NCBI GenBank assembly: GCA_964057225.1
Contig: OZ059900.1
Span: 15,686,001 to 15,750,000 of the forward strand
DNA: 64,000 bases
DNA from: Auanema rhodensis
Lineage: Eukaryota > Animalia > Nematoda
Direction of reading: 5' to 3'
Shown: positions 39,701-53,649 of the stretch, piece after piece
How positions within the stretch are numbered: position 1 is the stretch's first letter
Layout of the letters: each line of letters begins with the position of its first letter
Position numbers and translations under genes: made by a program
Notes under the pieces: model-generated
Told to the model about the DNA's origin: nothing
The model's input: only the letters and a program-made list of their open reading frames with translations
Databases searched by the model: none

Positions 39701-41349
39701 TATGCTGGAAAACCAGTTTATGGAAATTTCGCTGTAAACAAGGTTTTGACTTACGATTTCATGTGTTCAAACTCATGCAATGTCAATGAAACCTAGCTCA
39801 GAATTGTTCCTACAACGTCTAGTTCCACTTTCACGACAAAAAAACAGGGGTTAGAAAATTAAGGAAATTAGCATATTCTGAGGGCACGCCCCTTATGGCT
39901 AATATTGATTAAATCGATTTTTGTTCATATGAGTCGTCAAATGCAACGAATTTCAGCGTGTTACATACTAAAATGAAGCATTTTACATGCTGAACACTAG
40001 AAAAATACAAAAACACAGTATTTCTCATGAGAAATATTTTATTATGCTGGAAAACCAGTTTTTGGAAATTTCGCTGTAAACAAGGTTTTGACTTACGATT
40101 TCATGTGTTCAAACTCATGCAATGTCAATGAAACCTAGCTCAAAATTGTTTGTACAACGTCTAGTTCCACTTTCACGACAAAAAAACAGGGGTTAGAAAA
40201 TTAAGGAAATTAGCATATTCTGAGGGCACGCCCCTTATGGCTAATATTGATTAAATCGATTTTTGTTCATATGAGTCGTCAAATGCAACGAATTTCAGCG
40301 TGTTACATACTAAAATGAAGCATTTTACATGCTGAACACTAGAAAAATACAAAAACACAGTATTTCCCATGAGAAATATTTTATTATGCTGGAAAACCAG
40401 TTTTTGGAAATTTCGCTGTAAACAAGGTTTTGACTTACGATTTCATGTGTTCAAACTCATGCAATGTCAATGAAACCTAGCTCAAAATTGTTCCTACAAC
40501 GTCTAGTTCCACTTTCACGACAAAAAAACAGGGGTTAGAAAATTAATGAAATTAGCATATTCTGAGGGCACGCCCCTTATGGCTAATATTGATTAAATCG
40601 ATTTTTGTTCATATGAGTCGTCAAATGCAACGAATTTCATCGTGTTACATACTAAAATGAAGCATTTTACATGCTGAACACTAGAAAAATACAAAAACAC
40701 AGTATTTCTCATGAGAAATATTTTATTATGCTGGAAAACCAGTTTTTGGAAATTTCGCTGTAAACAAGGTTTTGACTTACGATTTCATGTGTTCAAACTC
40801 ATGCAATGTCAATGAAACCTAGCTCAAAATTGTTTGTACAACGTCTAGTTCCACTTTCACGACAAAAAAACAGGGGTTAGAAAATTAAGGAAATTAGCAT
40901 ATTCTGAGGGCACGCCCCTTATGGCTAATATTGATTAAATCGATTTTTGTTCATATGAGTCGTCAAATGCAACGAATTTCATCGTGTTACATACTAAAAT
41001 GAAGCATTTTACATGCTGAACACTAGAAAAATACAAAAACACAGTATTTCTCATGAGAAATATTTTATTATGCTGGAAAACCAGTTTTTGGAAATTTCGC
41101 TGTAAACAAGGTTTTGACTTACGATTTCATGTGTTCAAACTCATGCAATGTCAATGAAACCTAGCTCAAAATTGTTCCTACAACGTCTAATTCCACTTTC
41201 ACGACAAAAAAACAGGGGTTAGAAAATTAAGGAAATTAGCATATTCTGAGGGCACGCCCCTTATGGCTAATATTGATTAAATCGATTTTTGTTCATATGA
41301 GTCGTCAAATGCAACGAATTTCAGCGTGTTACATACTAAAATGAAGCAT

Positions 41350-44300
41350 TTTACATGCTGAACACTAGAAAAATACAAAAACACAGTATTTCTCATGAGA
41401 AATATTTTATTATGCTGGAAAACCAGTTTTTGGAAATTTCGCTGTAAACAAGGTTTTGACTTACGATTTCATGTGTTCAAACTCATGCAATGTCAATGAA
41501 ACCTAGCTCAAAATTGTTTGTACAACGTCTAGTTCCACTTTCACGACAAAAAAACAGGGGTTAGAAAATTAAGGAAATTAGCATATTCTGAGGGCACGCC
41601 CCTTATGGCTAATATTGATTAAATCGTATTTTGTTCATATGAGTCGTCAAATGCAACGAATTTCAGCGTGTTACATACTAAAATGAAGCATTTTACATGC
41701 TGAACACTAGAAAAATACAAAAACACAGTATTTCCCATGAGAAATATTTTATTATGCTGGAAAACCAGTTTTTGGAAATTTCGCTGTAAACAAGGTTTTG
41801 ACTTACGATTTCATGTGTTCAAACTCATGCAATGTCAATGAAACCTAGCTCAAAATTGTTCCTACAACGTCTAATTCCACTTTCACGACAAAAAAACCGG
41901 GGTTAGAAAATTAAGGAAATTAGCATATTCTGAGGGCACGCCCCTTATGGCTAATATTGATTAAATCGATTTTTGTTCATATGAGTCGTCAAATGCAACG
42001 AATTTCAGCGTGTTACATACTAAAATGAAGCATTTTACATGCTGAACACTATAAAAATACAAAAACACAGTATTTCCCATGAGAAATATTTTATTATGCT
42101 GGAAAACCAGTTTTTGGAAATTTCGCTGTAAACAAGGTTTTGACTTACGATTTCATGCGTTCAAACTCATGCAATGTCAATGAAACCTAGCTCAAAATTG
42201 TTCCTACAACGTCTAATTCCACTTTCACGACAAAAAAACAGGGGTTAGAAAATTAAGGAAATTAGCATATTCTGAGGGCACGCCCCTTATGGCTAATATT
42301 GATTAAATCGATTTTTGTTCATATGAGTCGTCAAATGCAACGAATTTCAGCGTGTTACATACTAAAATGAAGCATTTTACATGCTGAACACTAGAAAAAT
42401 ACAAAAACACAGTATTTCCCATGAGAAATATTTTATTATGCTGGAAAACCAGTTTTTGGAAATTTCGCTGTAAACAAGGTTTTGACTTACGATTTCATGT
42501 GTTCAAACTCATGCAATGTCAATGAAACCTAGCTCAAAATTGTTCCTACAACGTCTAGTTCCACTTTCACGACAAAAAAACAGGGGTTAGAAAATTAAGG
42601 AAATTAGCATATTCTGAGGGCACGCCCCTTATGGCTAATATTGATTAAATCGATTTTTGTTCATATGAGTCGTCAAATGCAACGAATTTCAGCGTGTTAC
42701 ATACTAAAATGAAGCATTCTACATGCTGAACACTAGAAAAATACAAAAACACAGTATTTCCCATGAGAAATATTTTATTATGCTGGAAAACCAGTTTTTG
42801 GAAATTTCGCTGTAAACAAGGTTTTGACTTACGATTTCATGTGTTCAAACTCATGCAATGTCAATGAAACCTAGCTCAAAATTGTTCCTACAACGTCTAA
42901 ATCCACTTTCACGACAAAAAAACCGGGGTTAGAAAATTAAGGAAATTAGCATATTCTGAGGGCACGCCCCTTATGGCTAATATTGATTAAATCGATTTTT
43001 GTTCATATGAGTCGTCAAATGCAACGAATTTCAGCGTGTTACATACTAAAATGAAGCATTTCACATGCTGAACACTAGAAAAATACAAAAACACAGTATT
43101 TCCCATGAGAAATATTTTATTATGCTGGAAAACCAGTTTTTGGAAATTTCGCTGTAAACAAGGTTTTGACTTACGATTTCATGTGTTCAAACTCATGCAA
43201 TGTCAATGAAACCTAGCTCAAAATTGTTCCTACAACGTCTAGTTCCACTTTCACGACAAAAAAACAGGGGTTAGAAAATTAAGGAAATTAGCATATTCTG
43301 AGGGCACGCCCCTTATGGCTAATATTGATTAAATCGATTTTTGTTCATATGAGTCGTCAAATGCAACGAATTGCAGCGTGTTACATACTAAAATGAAGCA
43401 CTTTACATGCTGAACACTAGAAAAATACAAAAACACAGTATTTCTCATGAGAAATATTTTATTATGCTGGAAAACCAGTTTTTGGAAATTTCGCTGTAAA
43501 CAAGGTTTTGACTTACGATTTCATGTGTTCAAACTCATGCAATGTCAATGAAACCTAGCTCAAAATTGTTTGTACAACGTCTAGTTCCACTTTCACGACA
43601 AAAAAACAGGGGTTAGAAAATTAAGGAAATTAGCATATTCTGAGGGCACGCCCCTTATGGCTAATATTGATTAAATCGTATTTTGTTCATATGAGTCGTC
43701 AAATGCAACGAATTTCAGCGTGTTACATACTAAAATGAAGCATTTTACATGCTGAACACTAGAAAAATACAAAAACACAGTATTTCCCATGAGAAATATT
43801 TTATTATGCTGGAAAACCAGTTTTTGGAAATTTCGCTGTAAACAAGGTTTTGACTTACGATTTCATGTGTTCAAACTCATGCAATGTCAATGAAACCTAG
43901 CTCAAAATTGTTCCTACAACGTCTAATTCCACTTTCACGACAAAAAAACCGGGGTTAGAAAATTAAGGAAATTAGCATATTCTGAGGGCACGCCCCTTAT
44001 GGCTAATATTGATTAAATCGATTTTTGTTCATATGAGTCGTCAAATGCAACGAATTTCAGCGTGTTACATACTAAAATGAAGCATTTTACATGCTGAACA
44101 CTATAAAAATACAAAAACACAGTATTTCCCATGAGAAATATTTTATTATGCTGGAAAACCAGTTTTTGGAAATTTCGCTGTAAACAAGGTTTTGACTTAC
44201 GATTTCATGCGTTCAAACTCATGCAATGTCAATGAAACCTAGCTCAAAATTGTTCCTACAACGTCTAATTCCACTTTCACGACAAAAAAACAGGGGTTAG

Positions 44301-44750
44301 AAAATTAAGGAAATTAGCATATTCTGAGGGCACGCCCCTTATGGCTAATATTGATTAAATCGATTTTTGTTCATATGAGTCGTCAAATGCAACGAATTTC
44401 AGCGTGTTACATACTAAAATGAAGCATTTTACATGCTGAACACTAGAAAAATACAAAAACACAGTATTTCCCATGAGAAATATTTTATTATGCTGGAAAA
44501 CCAGTTTTTGGAAATTTCGCTGTAAACAAGGTTTTGACTTACGATTTCATGTGTTCAAACTCATGCAATGTCAATGAAACCTAGCTCAAAATTGTTCCTA
44601 CAACGTCTAGTTCCACTTTCACGACAAAAAAACAGGGGTTAGAAAATTAAGGAAATTAGCATATTCTGAGGGCACGCCCCTTATGGCTAATATTGATTAA
44701 ATCGATTTTTGTTCATATGAGTCGTCAAATGCAACGAATTTCAGCGTGTT
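41350..44750 (-). repeat. Duplication at a 6-monomer (2,052 bp) offset
   Basis: The rare ATCGTATTTT variant is at about 41623 and 43675, each followed by ACCGGGG, CTATAAAA and CATGCG at the same +2,052 offset. Confidence 0.75.
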
Positions 44751-47700
44751 ACATACTAAAATGAAGCATTTTACATGCTGAACACTATAAAAATACAAAA
44801 ACACAGTATTTCCCATGAGAAATATTTTATTATGCTGGAAAACCAGTTTTTGGAAATTTCGCTGTAAACAAGGTTTTGACTTACGATTTCATGCGTTCAA
44901 ACTCATGCAATGTCAATGAAACCTAGCTCAAAATTGTTCCTACAACGTCTAATTCCACTTTCACGACAAAAAAACAGGGGTTAGAAAATTAAGGAAATTA
45001 GCATATTCTGAGGGCACGCCCCTTATGGCTAATATTGATTAAATCGATTTTTGTTCATATGAGTCGTCAAATGCAACGAATTTCAGCGTGTTACATACTA
45101 AAATGAAGCATTTTACATGCTGAACACTAGAAAAATACAAAAACACAGTATTTCCCATGAGAAATATTTTATTATGCTGGAAAACCAGTTTTTGGAAATT
45201 TCGCTGTAAACAAGGTTTTGACTTACGATTTCATGTGTTCAAACTCATGCAATGTCAATGAAACCTAGCTCAAAATTGTTCCTACAACGTCTAGTTCCAC
45301 TTTCACGACAAAAAAACAGGGGTTAGAAAATTAAGGAAATTAGCATATTCTGAGGGCACGCCCCTTATGGCTAATATTGATTAAATCGATTTTTGTTCAT
45401 ATGAGTCGTCAAATGCAACGAATTTCAGCGTGTTACATACTAAAATGAAGCATTCTACATGCTGAACACTAGAAAAATACAAAAACACAGTATTTCCCAT
45501 GAGAAATATTTTATTATGCTGGAAAACCAGTTTTTGGAAATTTCGCTGTAAACAAGGTTTTGACTTACGATTTCATGTGTTCAAACTCATGCAATGTCAA
45601 TGAAACCTAGCTCAAAATTGTTCCTACAACGTCTAATTCCACTTTCACGACAAAAAAACCGGGGTTAGAAAATTAAGGAAATTAGCATATTCTGAGGGCA
45701 CGCCCCTTCTGGCTAATATTGGTTAAATCGATTTTTGTTCATATGAGTCGTCAAATGCAACGAATTTCAGCGTGTTACATACTAAAATGAAGCATTTCAC
45801 ATGCTGAACACTAGAAAAATACAAAAACACAGTATTTCCCATGAGAAATATTTTATTATGCTGGAAAACCAGTTTTTGGAAATTTCGCTGTAAACAAGGT
45901 TTTGACTTACGATTTCATGTGTTCAAACTCATGCAATGTCAATGAAACCTAGCTCAAAATTGTTCCTACAACGTCTAGTTCCACTTTCACGACAAAAAAA
46001 CAGGGGTTAGAAAATTAAGGAAATTAGCATATTCTGAGGGCACGCCCCTTATGGCTAATATTGATTAAATCGATTTTTGTTCATATGAGTCGTCAAATGC
46101 AACGAATTTCAGCGTGTTACATACTAAAATGAAGCATTTTACATGCTGAACACTAGAAAAATACAAAAACACAGTATTTCTCATGAGAAATATTTTATTA
46201 TGCTGGAAAACCAGTTTTTGGAAATTTCGCTGTAAACAAGGTTTTGACTTACGATTTCATGTGTTCAAACTCATGCAATGTCAATGAAACCTAGCTCAAA
46301 ATTGTTCCTACAACGTCTAGTTCCACTTTCACGACAAAAAAACAGGGGTTAGAAAATTAAGGAAATTAGCATATTCTGAGGGCACGCCCCTTATGGCTAA
46401 TATTGATTAAATCGATTTTTGTTCATATGAGTCGTCAAATGCAACGAATTTCAGCGTGTTACATACTAAAATGAAGCATTTTACATGCTGAACACTAGAA
46501 AAATACAAAAACACAGTATTTCCCATGAGAAATATTTTATTATGCTGGAAAACCAGTTTTTGGAAATTTCGCTGTAAACAAGGTTTTGACTTACGATTTC
46601 ATGTGTTCAAACTCATGCAATGTCAATGAAACCTAGCTCAAAATTGTTCCTACAACGTCTAGTTCCACTTTCACGACAAAAAAACAGGGGTTAGAAAATT
46701 AATGAAATTAGCATATTCTGAGGGCACGCCCCTTATGGCTAATATTGATTAAATCGATTTTTGTTCATATGAGTCGTCAAATGCAACGAATTTCATCCTG
46801 TTACATACTAAAATGAAGCATTTTACATGCTGAACACTAGAAAAATACAAAAACACAGTATTTCTCATGAGAAATATTTTATTATGCTGGAAAACCAGTT
46901 TTTGGAAATTTCGCTGTAAACAAGGTTTTGACTTACGATTTCATGTGTTCAAACTCATGCAATGTCAATGAAACCTAGCTCAAAATTGTTCCTACAACGT
47001 CTAGTTCCACTTTCACGACAAAAAAACAGGGGTTAGAAAATTAAGGAAATTAGCATATTCTGAGGGCACGCCCCTTATGGCTAATATTGATTAAATCGAT
47101 TTTTGTTCATATGAGTAGTCAAATGCAACGAATTTCAGCGTGTTACATACTAAAATGAAACATTTTACATGCTGAACACTAGAAAAATACAAAAACACAG
47201 TATTTCCCATGAGAAATATTTTATTATGCTGGAAAACCAGTTTTTGGAAATTTCGCTGTAAACAAGGTTTTGACTTACGATTTCATGTGTTCAAACTCAT
47301 GCAATGTCAATGAAACCTAGATCAAAATTGTTCCTACAACGTCTAATTCCACTTTCACGACAAAAAAACCGGGGTTAGAAAATTAAGGAAATTAGCATAT
47401 TCTGAGGGCACGCCCCTTATGGCTAATATTGATTAAATCGATTTTTGTTCATATGAGTCGTCAAATGCAACGAATTTCAGCGTGTTACATACTAAAATGA
47501 AGCATTTTACATGCTGAACACTATAAAAATACAAAAACACAGTATTTCCCATGAGAAATATTTTATTATGCTGGAAAACCAGTTTTTGGAAATTTCGCTG
47601 TAAACAAGGTTTTGACTTACGATTTCATGCGTTCAAACTCATGCAATGTCAATGAAACCTAGCTCAAAATTGTTCCTACAACGTCTAATTCCACTTTCAC

Positions 47701-50700
47701 GACAAAAAAACAGGGGTTAGAAAATTAAGGAAATTAGCATATTCTGAGGGCACGCCCCTTATGGCTAATATTGATTAAATCGATTTTTGTTCATATGAGT
47801 CGTCAAATGCAACGAATTTCAGCGTGTTACATACTAAAATGAAGCATTTTACATGCTGAACACTAGAAAAATACAAAAACACAGTATTTCCCATGAGAAA
47901 TATTTTATTATGCTGGAAAACCAGTTTTTGGAAATTTCGCTGTAAACAAGGTTTTGACTTACGATTTCATGTGTTCAAACTCATGCAATGTCAATGAAAC
48001 CTAGCTCAAAATTGTTCCTACAACGTCTAGTTCCACTTTCACGACAAAAAAACAGGGGTTAGAAAATTAAGGAAATTAGCATATTCTGAGGGCACGCCCC
48101 TTATGGCTAATATTGATTAAATCGATTTTTGTTCATATGAGTCGTCAAATGCAACGAATTTCAGCGTGTTACATACTAAAATGAAGCATTTTACATGCTG
48201 AACACTAGAAAAATACAAAAACACAGTATTTCCCATGAGAAATATTTTATTATGCTGGAAAACCAGTTTTTGGAAATTTCGCTGTAAACAAGGTTTTGAC
48301 TTACGATTTCATGTGTTCAAACTCATGCAATGTCAATGAAACCTAGCTCAAAATTGTTCCTACAACGTCTAATTCCACTTTCACGACAAAAAAACCGGGG
48401 TTAGAAAATTAAGGAAATTAGCATATTCTGAGGGCACGCCCCTTATGGCTAATATTGATTAAATCGATTTTTGTTCATATGAGTCGTCAAATGCAACGAA
48501 TTTCAGCGTGTTACATACTAAAATGAAGCATTTCACATGCTGAACACTAGAAAAATACAAAAACACAGTATTTCCCATGAGAAATATTTTATTATGCTGG
48601 AAAACCAGTTTTTGGAAATTTCGCTGTAAACAAGGTTTTGACTTACGATTTCATGTGTTCAAACTCATGCAATGTCAATGAAACCTAGCTCAAAATTGTT
48701 CCTACAACGTCTAGTTCCACTTTCACGACAAAAAAACAGGGGTTAGAAAATTAAGGAAATTAGCATATTCTGAGGGCACGCCCCTTATGGCTAATATTGA
48801 TTAAATCGATTTTTGTTCATATGAGTAGTCAAATGCAACGAATTTCAGCGTGTTACATACTAAAATGAAGCATTTTACATGCTGAACACTAGAAAAATAC
48901 AAAAACACAGTATTTCCCATGAGAAATATTTTATTATGCTGGAAAACCAGTTTTTGGAAATTTCGCTGTAAACAAGGTTTTGACTTACGATTTCATGTGT
49001 TCAAACTCATGCAATGTCAATGAAACCTAGCTCAAAATTGTTCCTACAACGTCTAGTTCCACTTTCACGACAAAAAAACCGGGGTTAGAAAATTAAGGAA
49101 ATTAGCATATTCTGAGGGCACGCCGCTTATGGCTAATATTGATTAAATCGATTTTTGTTCATATGAGTCGTCAAATGCAACGAATTTCAGCGTGTTACAT
49201 ACTAAAATGAAGCATTTTACATGCTGAACACTAGAAAAATACAAAAACACAGTATTTCTCATGAGAAATATTTTATTATGCTGGAAAACCAGTTTTTGGA
49301 AATTTCGCTGTAAACAAGGTTTTGACTTACGATTTCATGTGTTCAAACTCATGCAATGTCAATGAAACCTAGCTCAAAATTGTTTGTACAACGTCTAGTT
49401 CCACTTTCACGACAAAAAAACAGGGGTTAGAAAATTAAGGAAATTAGCATATTCTGAGGGCACGCCCCTTATGGCTAATATTGATTAAATCGATTTTTGT
49501 TCATATGAGTAGTCAAATGCAACGAATTTCAGCGTGTTACATACTAAAATGAAGCATTTTACATGCTGAACACTAGAAAAATACAAAAACACAGTATTTC
49601 CCATGAGAAATATTTTATTATGCTGGAAAACCAGTTTTTGGAAATTTCGCTGTAAACAAGGTTTTGACTTACGATTTCATGTGTTCAAACTCATGCAATG
49701 TCAATGAAACCTAGCTCAAAATTGTTCCTACAACGTCTAATTCCACTTTCACGACAAAAAAACCGGGGTTAGAAAATTAAGGAAATTAGCATATTCTGAG
49801 GGCACGCCCCTTATGGCTAATATTGATTAAATCGATTTTTGTTCATATGAGTCGTCAAATGCAACGAATTTCAGCGTGTTACATACTAAAATGAAGCATT
49901 TCACATGCTGAACACTAGAAAAATACAAAAACACAGTATTTCCCATGAGAAATATTTTATTATGCTGGAAAACCAGTTTTTGGAAATTTCGCTGTAAACA
50001 AGGTTTTGACTTACGATTTCATGTGTTCAAACTCATGCAATGTCAATGAAACCTAGCTCAAAATTGTTCCTACAACGTCTAGTTCCACTTTCACGACAAA
50101 AAAACAGGGGTTAGAAAATTAAGGAAATTAGCATATTCTGAGGGCACGCCCCTTATGGCTAATATTGATTAAATCGATTTTTTTTCATATGAGTCGTCAA
50201 ATGCAACGAATTTCAGCGTGTTACATACTAAAATGAAGCATTTTACATGCTGAACACTAGAAAAATACAAAAACACAGTATTTCCCATGAGAAATATTTT
50301 ATTATGCTGGAAAACCAGTTTTTGGAAATTTCGCTGTAAACAAGGTTTTGACTTACGATTTCATGTGTTCAAACTCATGCAATGTCAATGAAACCTAGCT
50401 CAAAATTGTTCCTACAACGTCTAGTTCCACTTTCACGACAAAAAAACAGGGGTTAGAAAATTAATGAAATTAGCATATTCTGAGGGCACGCCCCTTATGG
50501 CTAATATTGATTAAATCGATTTTTGTTCATATGAGTCGTCAAATGCAACGAATTTCATCGTGTTACATACTAAAATGAAGCATTTTACATGCTGAACACT
50601 AGAAAAATACAAAAACACAGTATTTCTCATGAGAAATATTTTATTATGCTGGAAAACCAGTTTTTGGAAATTTCGCTGTAAACAAGGTTTTGACTTACGA

Positions 50701-53649
50701 TTTCATGTGTTCAAACTCATGCAATGTCAATGAAACCTAGCTCAAAATTGTTCCTACAACGTCTGTTTCCACTTTCACGACAAAAAAACAGGGGTTAGAA
50801 AATTAAGGAAATTAGCATATTCTGAGGGCACGCCCCTTATGGCTAATATTGATTAAATCGATTTTTGTTCATATGAGTCGTCAAATGCAACGAATTTCAG
50901 CGTGTTACATACTAAAATGAAGCATTTTACATGCTGAACACTAGAAAAATACAAAAACACAGTATTTCCCATGAGAAATATTTTATTATGCTGGAAAACC
51001 AGTTTTTGGAAATTTCGCTGTAAACAAGGTTTTGACTTACGATTTCATGTGTTCAAACTCATGCAATGTCAATGAAACCTAGCTCAAAATTGTTCCTACA
51101 ACGTCTAGTTCCACTTTCACGACAAAAAAACAGGGGTTAGAAAATTAATGAAATTAGCATATTCTGAGGGCACGCCCCTTATGGCTAATATTGATTAAAT
51201 CGATTTTTGTTCATATGAGTCGTCAAATGCAACGAATTTCATCGTGTTACATACTAAAATGAAGCATTTTACATGCTGAACACTAGAAAAATACAAAAAC
51301 ACAGTATTTCTCATGAGAAATATTTTATTATGCTGGAAAACCAGTTTTTGGAAATTTCGCTGTAAACAAGGTTTTGACTTACGATTTCATGTGTTCAAAC
51401 TCATGCAATGTCAATGAAACCTAGCTCAAAATTGTTCCTACAACGTCTGTTTCCACTTTCACGACAAAAAAACAGGGGTTAGAAAATTAAGGAAATTAGC
51501 ATATTCTGAGGGCACGCCCCTTATGGCTAATATTGATTAAATCGATTTTTGTTCATATGAGTCGTCAAATGCAACGAATTTCAGCGTGTTACATACTAAA
51601 ATGAAGCATTTCACATGCTGAACACTAGAAAAATACAAAAACACAGTATTTCCCATGAGAAATATTTTATTATGCTGGAAAACCAGTTTTTGGAAATTTC
51701 GCTGTAAACAAGGTTTTGACTTACGATTTCATGTGTTCAAACTCATGCAATGTCAATGAAACCTAGCTCAAAATTGTTCCTACAACGTCTAGTTCCACTT
51801 TCACGACAAAAAAACAGGGGTTAGAAAATTAAGGAAATTAGCATATTCTGAGGGCACGCCCCTTATGGCTAATATTGATTAAATCGATTTTTGTTCATAT
51901 GAGTCGTCAAATGCAACGAATTTCATCGTGTTACATACTAAAATGAAGCATTTTACATGCTGAACACTAGAAAAATACAAAAACACAGTATTTCTCATGA
52001 GAAATATTTTATTATGCTGGAAAACCAGTTTTTGGAAATTTCGCTGTAAACAAGGTTTTGACTTACGATTTCATGTGTTCAAACTCATGCAATGTCAATG
52101 AAACCTAGCTCAAAATTGTTTGTACAACGTCTAGTTCCACTTTCACGACAAAAAAACAGGGGTTAGAAAATTAAGGAAATTAGCATATTCTGAGGGCACG
52201 CCCCTTATGGCTAATATTGATTAAATCGATTTTTGTTCATATGAGTAGTCAAATGCAACGAATTTCAGCGTGTTACATACTAAAATGAAGCATTTTACAT
52301 GCTGAACACTAGAAAAATACAAAAACACAGTATTTCTCATGAGAAATATTTTATTATGCTGGAAAACCAGTTTTTGGAAATTTCGCTGTAAACAAGGTTT
52401 TGACTTACGATTTCATGTGTTCAAACTCATGCAATGTCAATGAAACCTAGCTCAAAATTGTTTGTACAACGTCTAGTTCCACTTTCACGACAAAAAAACA
52501 GGGGTTAGAAAATTAAGGAAATTAGCATATTCTGAGGGCTTGCCCCTTATGGCTAATATTGATTAAATCGATTTTTGTTCATATGAGTCGTCAAATGCAA
52601 CGAATTTCAGCGTGTTACATACTAAAATGAAGCATTTTACATGCTGAACACTAGAAAAATACAAAAACACAGTATTTCCCATGAGAAATATTTTATTATG
52701 CTGGAAAACCAGTTTTTGGAAATTTCGCTGTAAACAAGGTTTTGACTTACGATTTCATGTGTTCAAACTCATGCAATGTCAATGAAACCTAGCTCAAAAT
52801 TGTTCCTACAACGTCTAGTTCCACTTTCACGACAAAAAAACAGGGGTTAGAAAATTAATGAAATTAGCATATTCTGAGGGCACGCCCCTTATGGCTAATA
52901 TTGATTAAATCGATTTTTGTTCATATGAGTCGTCAAATGCAACGAATTTCATCGTGTTACATACTAAAATGAAGCATTTTACATGCTGAACACTAGAAAA
53001 ATACAAAAACACAGTATTTCTCATGAGAAATATTTTATTATGCTGGAAAACCAGTTTTTGGAAATTTCGCTGTAAACAAGGTTTTGACTTACGATTTCAT
53101 GTGTTCAAACTCATGCAATGTCAATGAAACCTAGCTCAAAATTGTTCCTACAACGTCTAGTTCCACTTTCACGACAAAAAAACAGGGGTTAGAAAATTAA
53201 GGAAATTAGCATATTCTGAGGGCACGCCCCTTATGGCTAATATTGATTAAATCGATTTTTGTTCATATGAGTAGTCAAATGCAACGAATTTCAGCGTGTT
53301 ACATACTAAAATGAAGCATTTTACATGCTGAACACTAGAAAAATACAAAAACACAGTATTTCCCATGAGAAATATTTTATTATGCTGGAAAACCAGTTTT
53401 TGGAAATTTCGCTGTAAACAAGGTTTTGACTTACGATTTCATGCGTTCAAACTCATGCAATGTCAATGAAACCTAGCTCAAAATTGTTTGTACAACGTCT
53501 AGTTCCACTTTCACGACAAAAAAACAGGGGTTAGAAAATTAAGGAAATTAGCATATTCTGAGGGCACGCCCCTTATGGCTAATATTGATTAAATCGATTT
53601 TTGTTCATATGAGTCGTCAAATGCAACGAATTTCAGCGTGTTACATACT

